From: Acidobacteriota bacterium
Lineage (GTDB): Bacteria > Acidobacteriota > Blastocatellia > UBA7656
Reading direction: 5' to 3'
Length of the DNA: 48,516 bases
NCBI GenBank assembly: GCA_031389065.1
Contig: JANMSG010001169.1
Location: forward strand, 1-48,516
The notes below the pieces were generated by a model that worked only from the letters and a program-made list of their open reading frames with translations, did no database searches and was not told the DNA's origin. Positions 37,889 through 46,409 of this stretch are shown piece after piece (position 1 is the first letter of the stretch; the number at the start of each line of letters is the position of its first letter). The position numbers were made by a program, and so were the translations under genes.

Positions 37889-39800
37889 CTGTTTTAACGC
37901 GGCGCAATTTTGGCGCAATCGCCATCACGCTCGCGTAAGCGTAACCAAAAAAATAGATCAGCAAAAATGGAATCGTTCCGAAAATCTGGCTTTTAATCGC
38001 GTACCAAATCGTGAATATGAAATAGAGCGCGAAGACAATTTCAAGCCAGGGCAAAGACCAGCGCCGCGCCGCATAATTCTTCTTGACCCAACTCTTATCT
38101 TTACCCTCTTCGATACGATACTTGGGTGTTCGCACAAACTCAGACTTGTGACCGATCAACGCTTCAAACACCGCGCGGGCGTTAGAGAAAGTCAGCGCAA
38201 TCCCCATGCTCATAGCAAACGGAATGTATTTCAAGAGTCGCTTCCAGCTGGTCGGATGCAGATAAATTTGCGGCACTAAAAAGTACGCGATAACCGAGAC
38301 GGTTGAAAAAGTCAGGATCGGCAAATCGAGAACGAAGAGATGAAAAAGACCTTGATTGTAGCGCACAATCAGGATCGGCAAGTTGACCAACGCAAGAATG
38401 ATAACCAGAGGCGCAGCCAGATTACCTGTCAAGCGGAAGAACTGTTCGAATTTGACTTGCAACGATAAACGAGGATCTTTCCGAATACGCTTCATCAACT
38501 TGATGCCGACTTGCACAACGCCTTTCGCCCAACGTTTCTGCTGCGATTTGAAAGCGTTGATGTCAACAGGCAGTTCTGCCGGCACGTCTTCGTCCATCAA
38601 ATAAACGAAATGCCAGCCCATCAACTGAGCGCGATACGAGAGGTCTGTGTCTTCTGCGAGGGTGTCGTGTTGCCAGCCACCTGACCATTCGATGGCTTCG
38701 CGTCGCCACATTCCGGCTGTGCCGTTGAAGTTAAAGAAACCGCCGCAGCGGTTGCGCGCCGTCTGTTCGATGACGAAATGCGCGTCGAGCATAATGGATT
38801 GCACTTTGGTGAGCAACGAATAATCGGCGTTGAGATGGCTCCAACGCATCTGCACCATGCCGACGCGCTCCTCCGTGAAGAAATCAACCATCTTGCGAGC
38901 GCAATCGGGATGCGGCACAAAGTCCGCATCAAATATCAAAATCAGTTCGCCTGATGATTTCTTTAAACCTTCTTCAAGCGCGCCTGCCTTGTAGCCTGAG
39001 CGGTTGGCGCGATGATGATAAACAATGTCGAAGCCTTGATCGAAATACTTCTTCACAGCGCTTTGCGCAATCTCCACAGTGTCGTCCGTCGAATCATCAA
39101 GAACTTGAATTTCGAGCAAGCCGCGCGGGTAATCAATCTTCGTGACGGCTTCAATCAAGCGCTCCGAAACATACATTTCGTTGTAGAGCGGAAGTTGAAC
39201 GGTGATGCGTGGCAGGCGATCATCTGAAAAACGCGCTTTCGGTTGCGGTGGATATTTTTTATAACGCAGGAAAAGATAGATCATTCGAAAGCGATACACA
39301 CCATAGCAAGAGAGCAATCCGAGAATGCCAAAATAGATAATCATCAAATAATTATCCAAAGCATCATTGAGATTGAGATAGCTGATATTGCCTGCAGGAT
39401 AGGCGCCACCGTTACTTTCCATGGAAGCGATCATTTTATCTACAGCGACATTGCCCGTCGGTCTGGTTTCAAGTGCGAGCAATTCTGTTTCTGTAAGCAT
39501 GCCTGCTTCTAACGTGACATTGCCGAGGATGAGTTCGATGTTTTGCGCTTGAGAGATGAGCGTATATTTGCCCGGTTCAAGAGTATCGAATACGAATTTG
39601 CCCTGGTCATTGGCTATGGCGTTGGTCTCTTGCTCTGTCGCTTGATTGCGAGCAACGACCGTCAAGCCATACATAATATACCCACGCGGGTCCTTGATTT
39701 CGCCGCGCAGCGAACCCGTGGTTGCCGCTACAGCAGCGATTGATAAAAGAGAAATCAATAAAATCGCGTTCAATAATTTCATAATAAATTTTCTATACAA
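37884..39800 (-). CDS. family-2 processive glycosyltransferase (CslA/cellulose-synthase-like) with N-terminal CarboxypepD_reg domain
   Basis: N-terminal signal/anchor plus LRGEIKDPRGYIMYGLTVVARN...GKFVFDTLEPGKYTLIS. GT2 motifs LPLYNE, VLDDSTD, FDADF, EDTDLS, QQKRWAKG (QxxRW). Multiple C-terminal TM helices. Confidence 0.85.
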   Translation of the reverse strand: MYRKFIMKLLNAILLISLLSIAAVAATTGSLRGEIKDPRGYIMYGLTVVARNQATEQETNAIANDQGKFVFDTLEPGKYTLISQAQNIELILGNVTLEAGMLTETELLALETRPTGNVAVDKMIASMESNGGAYPAGNISYLNLNDALDNYLMIIYFGILGLLSCYGVYRFRMIYLFLRYKKYPPQPKARFSDDRLPRITVQLPLYNEMYVSERLIEAVTKIDYPRGLLEIQVLDDSTDDTVEIAQSAVKKYFDQGFDIVYHHRANRSGYKAGALEEGLKKSSGELILIFDADFVPHPDCARKMVDFFTEERVGMVQMRWSHLNADYSLLTKVQSIMLDAHFVIEQTARNRCGGFFNFNGTAGMWRREAIEWSGGWQHDTLAEDTDLSYRAQLMGWHFVYLMDEDVPAELPVDINAFKSQQKRWAKGVVQVGIKLMKRIRKDPRLSLQVKFEQFFRLTGNLAAPLVIILALVNLPILIVRYNQGLFHLFVLDLPILTFSTVSVIAYFLVPQIYLHPTSWKRLLKYIPFAMSMGIALTFSNARAVFEALIGHKSEFVRTPKYRIEEGKDKSWVKKNYAARRWSLPWLEIVFALYFIFTIWYAIKSQIFGTIPFLLIYFFGYAYASVMAIAPKLRRVKTE

Positions 39801-40034
39801 AAAACCGGGCGTTGGATGTTACTGGTAACCAGATTGTTGTATGAGTCAAGCCGAAAGTATAGGGGCGCGAGACAGGGATTTCAAGACCTTCTCGGGTGCT
39901 TGCCTTACAGCCATGAAAGCCTTATTCTAGGCGCTAATCTAATATTTTTTTTGAGTTGCTTTGCGCTCTCACACTCAATAACACCTGGCGCGACTTGCTT
40001 AACGGCTCAGGCTCAAAAAAACCGCGGAGGCTTG

Positions 40035-41594
40035 ATGAACAAATCAAAACAACTCTTTATCGTTCTCTTCTGGATAAGTGCCCTTGTCTTTCTGTCTTTG
40101 TCAGGGTCAAGCACGCAGACCAAGAGAACTCTGTCGCAGAAGACCGTGGAGCCTTCGCGTCGAATCGTTGCGCCGAAAATTTGGGATGCCAAGGCGTTAG
40201 CCAACTGGGCTACGCCGATTAACGGTGTAAATGCAACGCCAAATTATCTCAGCGAAGACGAATACTATGCAGCGCCTGTTGATAATCTGCGAACCTATGC
40301 GGTCTATCATCCCGACTACGAGCCGAAAGGTTATCAAGAGTGGGTAAAGAAGCAAGGCGCGCAGCCCTTAATTGAACCTGAAAAACTCAAGACCGAAAGA
40401 GATTGGATAGAAGCGGGTCGCCGCGTTTTTGAAGAGTTTGATGTGCCGGTTGTGCGAACCAGTGATCCTCGCGTTTTTGCCTACCTGCAAGACCGCTTGG
40501 CGATGAAACGAGACGGTAACGTCACCAAAGAGGGCGTGATTGCTGGTGTTCGATGGGTCGTGGAAAAAAACGGGGAGGTCAAGTTGGCATTATCCGAGTG
40601 TGCGGCTTGTCATACACGCTTGATGGATGACGGCTCAGTCATTCGCGGCGCACAGGGCAATCTCAACTTGGGCTCTCAAATCATCGGCTACCTGGTTGAA
40701 GGCTTCGCAAAGAACAATGAAAAATTGGGCGTATCGTTGGCACAAAGCGAATATGGCGCTTATGGCGTGCCTTGGATTAAAGACGATATTCACGAGCGCT
40801 TCAAAAAAATGAGCGAAGAAGAGATCGGCACTGTCGATGGCCCGCCGCTTCCCGGCACGTTTCCCAGATTCAATGGCAGCCCTTACTACATCACGAAAAT
40901 TCCAGACCTCATAGGCGTCAAAGACCGTCGCTATCTTGACCATACGGGAACCCATCTGAACCGCGGTTCCAAAGACATCGCCCGTTACGGCGCATTGGTG
41001 GGGTATGCGGAAGACGGTGCCATCGGTCATTATAAATTCCTTACAGAGGAACAGCGTCGTTTGTCATTTCGTCTGAGCGATGAAGCTCTCTATGCGCTTG
41101 GCAAATATATCTATGCGCTAGAGCCGCCGCCAAATCCCAACAAACCCAACTCGCTCACAGCGCGAGGCAAAAAGGTCTTTGAGCAGGAAGGTTGCACCAT
41201 GTGTCACGCGCCGCCACACTACACCAACAATATGCTTATGCCAGTTGACGGATTCACACCCCCCAAAGATGATCCGGCAACTGAGCGACTCCACATTCTG
41301 CGAGGCGTTCGCCTCGGAACCGATCCAAATCTGGCTTTGAAGACGCGAAAAGGAACAGGCTATTACAAAGTTCCTTCGCTCAAAGGGCTTTGGTATCGCA
41401 GCTTACTTGAGCATTCGGGGTCCATCGCTTCTCTTGAAGATTGGTTGGGTAAAAAGCGCTTGCGAGATGATTACGAGCCAAGCGGCTGGAAAGGTCCTGG
41501 CATAAAAACACGCGCCGTGAAGGGACACGAATTCGGGCTTGAGCTTTCAATAGCAGATAAAAATGCACTCATCGCGTTTCTAAAAACTCTTTAG
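40035..41594 (+). CDS. putative di-heme c-type cytochrome (CCP/MauG-like), exported
   Basis: Two CxxCH motifs (CAACH, CTMCH). Start set at ATG 40035 (MNKSKQLFIVLFWISALVFLSL, GGAGG upstream). The ORF is open from 39816. Confidence 0.65.
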   Translation: MNKSKQLFIVLFWISALVFLSLSGSSTQTKRTLSQKTVEPSRRIVAPKIWDAKALANWATPINGVNATPNYLSEDEYYAAPVDNLRTYAVYHPDYEPKGYQEWVKKQGAQPLIEPEKLKTERDWIEAGRRVFEEFDVPVVRTSDPRVFAYLQDRLAMKRDGNVTKEGVIAGVRWVVEKNGEVKLALSECAACHTRLMDDGSVIRGAQGNLNLGSQIIGYLVEGFAKNNEKLGVSLAQSEYGAYGVPWIKDDIHERFKKMSEEEIGTVDGPPLPGTFPRFNGSPYYITKIPDLIGVKDRRYLDHTGTHLNRGSKDIARYGALVGYAEDGAIGHYKFLTEEQRRLSFRLSDEALYALGKYIYALEPPPNPNKPNSLTARGKKVFEQEGCTMCHAPPHYTNNMLMPVDGFTPPKDDPATERLHILRGVRLGTDPNLALKTRKGTGYYKVPSLKGLWYRSLLEHSGSIASLEDWLGKKRLRDDYEPSGWKGPGIKTRAVKGHEFGLELSIADKNALIAFLKTL

Positions 41595-41595
41595 C

Positions 41596-41724
41596 CAGTA
41601 GGCAGTAAGCAGTAGGCAGTAGGCAGTTAAGAATTCAAATTGGCTGTTATGAATGAACCGTCAAACTAACAATAACGATAATTTTTAGTTTCCCATATTT
41701 ACTGCCTACTGCTTACTGCCTACT
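41596..41724. repeat. inverted heptamer-array element C
   Basis: The left arm 41596-41627 starts 2 nt after the di-heme gene stop. A 73-nt spacer follows. The right arm 41701-41724 ends 1 nt before the glpX stop (41726). Confidence 0.9.
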
Positions 41725-41725
41725 A

Positions 41726-42769
41726 TTAGAACCGCACAACAGTGTCGGGTCCTCCTTCTATATGAACCGTGTCAATGAAGCGTACGCTCTTAGTTTTGGC
41801 TGTGGACATAATGATTGACGACGTGCGAACCCCTGCGCCAAAGAAACGCACGCCTTTCAGAATCGTTCCATCGGTCACGCCTGAGGCGGCGAAGACGATG
41901 CTTTTGCCCGGCGCTAAATCGTCCGTGTCGTAAATTCGATAAGGGTCGGTGATACCCATCGCTTCCATTCTTTCAACCGCGTCTTCGGCAATCCTGCTGC
42001 GGTCTTCCAGGTCTTCGAGTTGTTCTTTCAAAACAAAGCGCGCCAGTATCTGTCCGTTTAAACATTTCATCGCCGCAGCCGTCAACACGCCTTCAGGCGC
42101 GCCGCCCGTCCCCATAACCGCGTGAACACCCGAGCCAGCAACGGCGGCAGAAATGCCCGCCGACAAATCGCCATCCGAGATCAGCTTGATTCTTGCACCC
42201 GCTTCGCGAATGTCGGCGATGAGTTTTTTGTGACGAGGACGCTCCAGCACGATGACAACCAAATCTTCAATATCGCGGTTGAGTCTTCGGGCAATTGCTT
42301 TCAAGTTGTCTTTGACAGGCGCGTCCAAATCCACAGCGCCTTTCGACGAAGGCCCGACGATAAGTTTCTGCATATACAAATCGGGCGCATGAAGAAGTCC
42401 TCCTCTTTCGGCGCAAGCCATCACGGCGATGGCGTTGGATGAACCCGTGGCGCAAAGATTCGTACCTTCGAGCGGGTCAACGGCTATGTCAACTTCAGGG
42501 TAGTTTTCAGGATCTTCAATTCCTTCTTTATAACCCAGCCCGAGTTTCTCGCCAATGTAGAGCATAGGCGCTTCGTCGCGTTCGCCTTCACCGATAACGA
42601 TCTCGCCGCGCATCGGCACGGTATCCATAATCTTCCGCATCGCTTCTACGGCAACGTGGTCAGAGTATTTGCGGTCGCCTCGCCCCATGGTTTTGGCAGA
42701 TTCAACGGCGGCTTCTTCAACGATGCGAAGGAAATCAAGTCCCAGATCTTGTTCCAGCTTTCGCTCCAT
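41726..42769 (-). CDS. glpX: class II fructose-1,6-bisphosphatase (GlpX type)
   Basis: [42 protein letters not shown] and GTGGAPEGV are GlpX signatures. Start set at ATG 42769 with AAGGAGG upstream; the ORF is open to 42847. Confidence 0.93.
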   Translation of the reverse strand: MERKLEQDLGLDFLRIVEEAAVESAKTMGRGDRKYSDHVAVEAMRKIMDTVPMRGEIVIGEGERDEAPMLYIGEKLGLGYKEGIEDPENYPEVDIAVDPLEGTNLCATGSSNAIAVMACAERGGLLHAPDLYMQKLIVGPSSKGAVDLDAPVKDNLKAIARRLNRDIEDLVVIVLERPRHKKLIADIREAGARIKLISDGDLSAGISAAVAGSGVHAVMGTGGAPEGVLTAAAMKCLNGQILARFVLKEQLEDLEDRSRIAEDAVERMEAMGITDPYRIYDTDDLAPGKSIVFAASGVTDGTILKGVRFFGAGVRTSSIIMSTAKTKSVRFIDTVHIEGGPDTVVRF

Positions 42770-43121
42770 AATTTGTTCCTCCTTATTTAGTGCGATAGAA
42801 ATCCGACAAGACGGATTCAAAAAATGATTCCTGGCGACGCTTTTCAAGCGCGGCTCAGTTTATCAATCTTTCATTGTCGCGACAATCTGAGTTGCCATCG
42901 CATAAAAGAAATCTCCTTGCGAAAAGCTCAACCATTCCGATTTTTCTGAGCCAGCCAATTGCTTCACAAAAAAATGTGAGAATTCCTGCACTGTTTCTCC
43001 TGCTTTTTCCGTCAGTAGTTAATAGAGGGCTCCGATTCCCTTTTTCGTACTACTCGAAATTAACTGCTCGTCAATGTTGCAGACCGAGCAAGTTGGGAAT
43101 TTACTTTTCCGGAGCCTCATT

Positions 43122-46100
43122 ATGCTGAAAAGAACATCTTCACTTTGGGTTTGTTTCTTGAGTTTTGCGCCTGTTTTCTGTCTGCTCGCAACTGCGACGG
43201 GCGATGCCAACGAAACCTTGTTTACCTTACAATCAACCCCACAGGTCGCGACCCTCGCCATCAATGAATATTTAGCCGACCCGCCCGATACCATCGCAGG
43301 TGACGCAAACGGCGACGGTACGCGGAGCGCTTCGCAAGATGAATTCGTGGAGTTGGTAAACTATGGCTTGCTTCCACTCAACATCGGTGGCTTTACCATC
43401 AGCGATGAAGATGCAAGTAGATTTACGTTTCCATCCGGCACAATTGTCCCCGCAGGCGATGCGGCTGTGGTCTTTGGTGGTGGCACGCCCACAGGCTCTT
43501 TCGGCAATGGGACGGTGAATGGATTGGTGTTTCGTGTTGGGGGTGGGGGGTTATCTCTCGCCAACAGCGCAGACTCTATCATCATAAAAGACAATTTAGG
43601 AACGGAAATCGCTCGGCGAGATTATCCTTCCGCAGACGGCTCGGCGAATCAATCCATCACGCGAAGCCCGGATATTTCGGGCGGCTTCGTTCGCCATTCG
43701 CTGGCGACAGGCAGCAATGGCACGCTCTTTTCGCCGGGTACACGAATCAATGGCACGGCTTTTAGCGACGGGCCGCGTCTGATGCAAATCAGTCCCGATC
43801 AAGTTCTGCAAAGCAATTCGCCGTTTGACCTCGAGGTGATCGGAATCAATTTTGACCCCGGTGCCCTTGTATTAATAGATTTCAACCCTGTGCCTACAAA
43901 TTTCATCGGCAACACAAATTTGACGGCAACGATTTCCGCAAGCATTGCGTCAACAGCCGGCAATCATCGCGTTGAAGTAATCAATTCCGATGGCAACCAT
44001 TCAAACGCTTTGACTCTGACGATTATCGCGCCTCCTCCTGTTTTACAGGGGCTGCGCCCTATGTTTGTTGAGCTTGGCAGCGGACCCTTCACTTTAGTTT
44101 TGCAAGGCGAACATTTCACGCCTTTATCAAAAGTGTTGATCGAAGGCACGACCGTCACAACATTCTTCAACAATGCGCGCGAACTCATAGCGACTGTACC
44201 TTTGTCAGTTACCAACACGCTCGGCAGTCGTCGCGTTCGCGTTCGCAACGGAGACGGACAGCTATCAAACGAGTCGGCTTTTGAAGTCGTACCGAAAAGC
44301 CCGCGCCTCAATTCGCTCAATCCTTCGCAAGCAATCGCCGGAAGCCCTGCATTCATCTTGACACTCGCCGGTGCAAATTTCAGTACCAGTTCAAACGTGT
44401 TGTTCAACCAAACGCCGCTTGCGACGAAGTTCATTTCGTCCGCGTCCTTAATTGCCGAGGTGCCTGCGTCGCTCATCACCGACATTGGATTGAAGCCTGT
44501 GACAGTGCAAAGCAATGAGGGCGGGATTTCAAACGAAATCGCCTTTCGCGTCTTTGCCATTGCTCCGTTACTCAGTACGGTTGCGCCAGATTCGACAATC
44601 GAAGGAAGCGGCGAACAGATGCTGGTACTTGTCGGGGAGAGATTCAAAAAAGGTGCTATTGTTCGCGCCCTTAGAAATTCGCAACTCACCCCTCCACTCG
44701 ATGCCACATTCATTTCCAGTGAACGAATCGAAGCGAAACTTCCCGCCTCGCTCCTTCAAACACCGGACAATCTTTTGATACGGGTCGAAAATCCCGACTT
44801 CGGATTTTCAAACGAATTCGTCTTCAAAGTCTTCATCAAAGACCCGCTGGTTATTAACGAATACCTGGCAGACCCGCCAGATGGCAATGCAGGGGACGCC
44901 AACGGCGATGGCACACGCAGCACTTCTCAAGATGAGTTTGTTGAAATCGTCAATCGCACAAGCCAGGCAATAGATATTTCGGGCTATAAACTCTTTGACG
45001 CGGACGCCATGCGGCACGTCTTCGCGCCTTTGACCATCGTCCCGCCGTTTGAAGCCGTCGTCGTTTTCGGCGGCGGCAGACCACAAGGCAAATTCGGCAA
45101 CGCTTTCGAGAATCGCTTAGTCTTCACTGCCTCATCGGGCGGACTTTCCTTCAACAACGGTGGCGACACGATCAAGCTCGAAGACGCAACCGGGCGTACA
45201 ATCCAAGAGATTAAATTCGGCACCTCCGAAGGAAATGCCAGCGAATCTATCAACCGCGATCCAGATGGCGATGGCGCGCTCTTCACAACCCATCAAAGAG
45301 TGACCGGAACAGATAAAAAGTTTTCGCCGGGCGCAAAAGCTACAGGCGAACCATTCACCATCAAGCCCGCCATCAACGCTCTTTCACCGGCGAGCATACA
45401 CGCCCGTTCCGCAACTTTTTCGCTTATTATTTCAGGGACAAATTTCCAACCCGGCGCGGTCGTCAGTTTCGGGCAGACCATGCTTGCGACGGTTTATCAG
45501 TCAGAGACAGAGCTTGAAGCGAGAGTGGGCGCAGAGCTTTTGATGGAAGGCGGAGTATTTGAAATTCGCGTGAAAAACCCCAGAGGCGAAACCTCAGGCA
45601 ACGTGAAGTTTTTAATCTTTGACGACCCGCCAGGCATCGCTTCCATCAATCCTAAGAAGACCGGGACAGGGGCAGAAAATCTTGAGATCACTATTCAAGG
45701 CGAAAGATTTCAGCGCGGCGCTGTGGTGACGATTGCGAACGAAAAGGTAGCAACAAAATTTATTCAAGCCGCTGACTCAACGAGTTCGCTACTTGCCATC
45801 GCTCCTGAAAAATTCTTCACAGCCGCCGCCAATTTAGAACTCCGCGTCATCAACGAAGATGCAAACGTATCGAACGCGATGACGCTCACGGTTGAAAACG
45901 GGCCGCTGGTTACGCGCATCTCGCGGACAAAATTCAAAGCGGGAAGAGGCGCAGTTGAAATAAACTTTTCAGGCGTTGCGTTTAACTCCAGCATTGTTTT
46001 GTTTGTGGATGACAAATCCGTGCCGACTACTTTTGTAAACGAGACCTCTTTTACTGCGCGCATTCCTGCGGAGATGACAAACGTTGCGGGGCAATTGACG

Positions 46101-46163
46101 ATTCAAGCGCGTCACACGGATGGCGGCAGATCGAATAAAATAAAAATCAAAGTGGTTGAGTAA
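43122..46163 (+). CDS. large secreted protein with two lamin-tail (LTD) domains, each followed by IPT/TIG-like Ig repeats
   Basis: Signal peptide MLKRTSSLWVCFLSFAPVFCLLATA. Two LTD signatures: INEYLADPPDTIAGDANGDGTRSASQDEFVELVN and INEYLADPPDGNAGDANGDGTRSTSQDEFVEIVN. Repeated units of about 85-90 aa of the type P..G...L.I.G..F..GA.V... Confidence 0.8.
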   Translation: MLKRTSSLWVCFLSFAPVFCLLATATGDANETLFTLQSTPQVATLAINEYLADPPDTIAGDANGDGTRSASQDEFVELVNYGLLPLNIGGFTISDEDASRFTFPSGTIVPAGDAAVVFGGGTPTGSFGNGTVNGLVFRVGGGGLSLANSADSIIIKDNLGTEIARRDYPSADGSANQSITRSPDISGGFVRHSLATGSNGTLFSPGTRINGTAFSDGPRLMQISPDQVLQSNSPFDLEVIGINFDPGALVLIDFNPVPTNFIGNTNLTATISASIASTAGNHRVEVINSDGNHSNALTLTIIAPPPVLQGLRPMFVELGSGPFTLVLQGEHFTPLSKVLIEGTTVTTFFNNARELIATVPLSVTNTLGSRRVRVRNGDGQLSNESAFEVVPKSPRLNSLNPSQAIAGSPAFILTLAGANFSTSSNVLFNQTPLATKFISSASLIAEVPASLITDIGLKPVTVQSNEGGISNEIAFRVFAIAPLLSTVAPDSTIEGSGEQMLVLVGERFKKGAIVRALRNSQLTPPLDATFISSERIEAKLPASLLQTPDNLLIRVENPDFGFSNEFVFKVFIKDPLVINEYLADPPDGNAGDANGDGTRSTSQDEFVEIVNRTSQAIDISGYKLFDADAMRHVFAPLTIVPPFEAVVVFGGGRPQGKFGNAFENRLVFTASSGGLSFNNGGDTIKLEDATGRTIQEIKFGTSEGNASESINRDPDGDGALFTTHQRVTGTDKKFSPGAKATGEPFTIKPAINALSPASIHARSATFSLIISGTNFQPGAVVSFGQTMLATVYQSETELEARVGAELLMEGGVFEIRVKNPRGETSGNVKFLIFDDPPGIASINPKKTGTGAENLEITIQGERFQRGAVVTIANEKVATKFIQAADSTSSLLAIAPEKFFTAAANLELRVINEDANVSNAMTLTVENGPLVTRISRTKFKAGRGAVEINFSGVAFNSSIVLFVDDKSVPTTFVNETSFTARIPAEMTNVAGQLTIQARHTDGGRSNKIKIKVVE

Positions 46164-46227
46164 AGGGTTACGGATGAATCCTTCGATTAAAATACCTGAA
46201 GGAAATCAGGTGTCTGTGTTTGAAAGT

Positions 46228-46318
46228 GTATTCACCACAGAGACGCAAAGAACCCAGAGGTTACACAGAGAGTGTTGATAAAACTCTGCGTAACCTCTGC
46301 GCTTTCTGCGGTGGATAC
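46228..46318. repeat. REP-like palindromic element (family also at 13572-13644)
   Basis: 46228-46272 GTATTCACCACAGAGACGCAAAGAACCCAGAGGTTACACAGAGAG and 46284-46318 CTCTGCGTAACCTCTGCGCTTTCTGCGGTGGATAC form an imperfect hairpin (core CAGAGGTTACACAGAG / CTCTGCGTAACCTCTG). Confidence 0.8.
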
Positions 46319-46409
46319 CTGTTTCGTTCCCGTTAAAGCGATTGACTGGTCAAACCTTATATTTGTTTAGTGTTCTTTGTGAAAACCGCAACCCTGCGTG
46401 TAAAGAAAT

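Noticed and set aside
39816-40034. N-terminal 73-codon extension of the di-heme cytochrome ORF (and similar extensions at 47148-47306, 42770-42847, 32270-32377, 14865-14933, 7032-7115)
   Set aside because: In each case an internal ATG has a good SD and is immediately followed by a signal peptide or the conserved family N-terminus. The upstream extensions lack features and would overlap neighbouring genes or promoters.
34423-41724. Could the heptamer arrays be a CRISPR array or integron attC sites?
   Set aside because: - The units are 7-nt tandem repeats arranged as inverted pairs, not 25-40-nt direct repeats with unique spacers.
- There are no cas genes and no integrase.
- There is no GTTRRRY-type core.
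- The elements are 3-4 kb apart, with ordinary genes on both strands between them.
43964-44713. 249-aa minus-strand ORF
   Set aside because: It is antisense within the LTD/IPT gene, whose repeat structure strongly supports the plus-strand frame.
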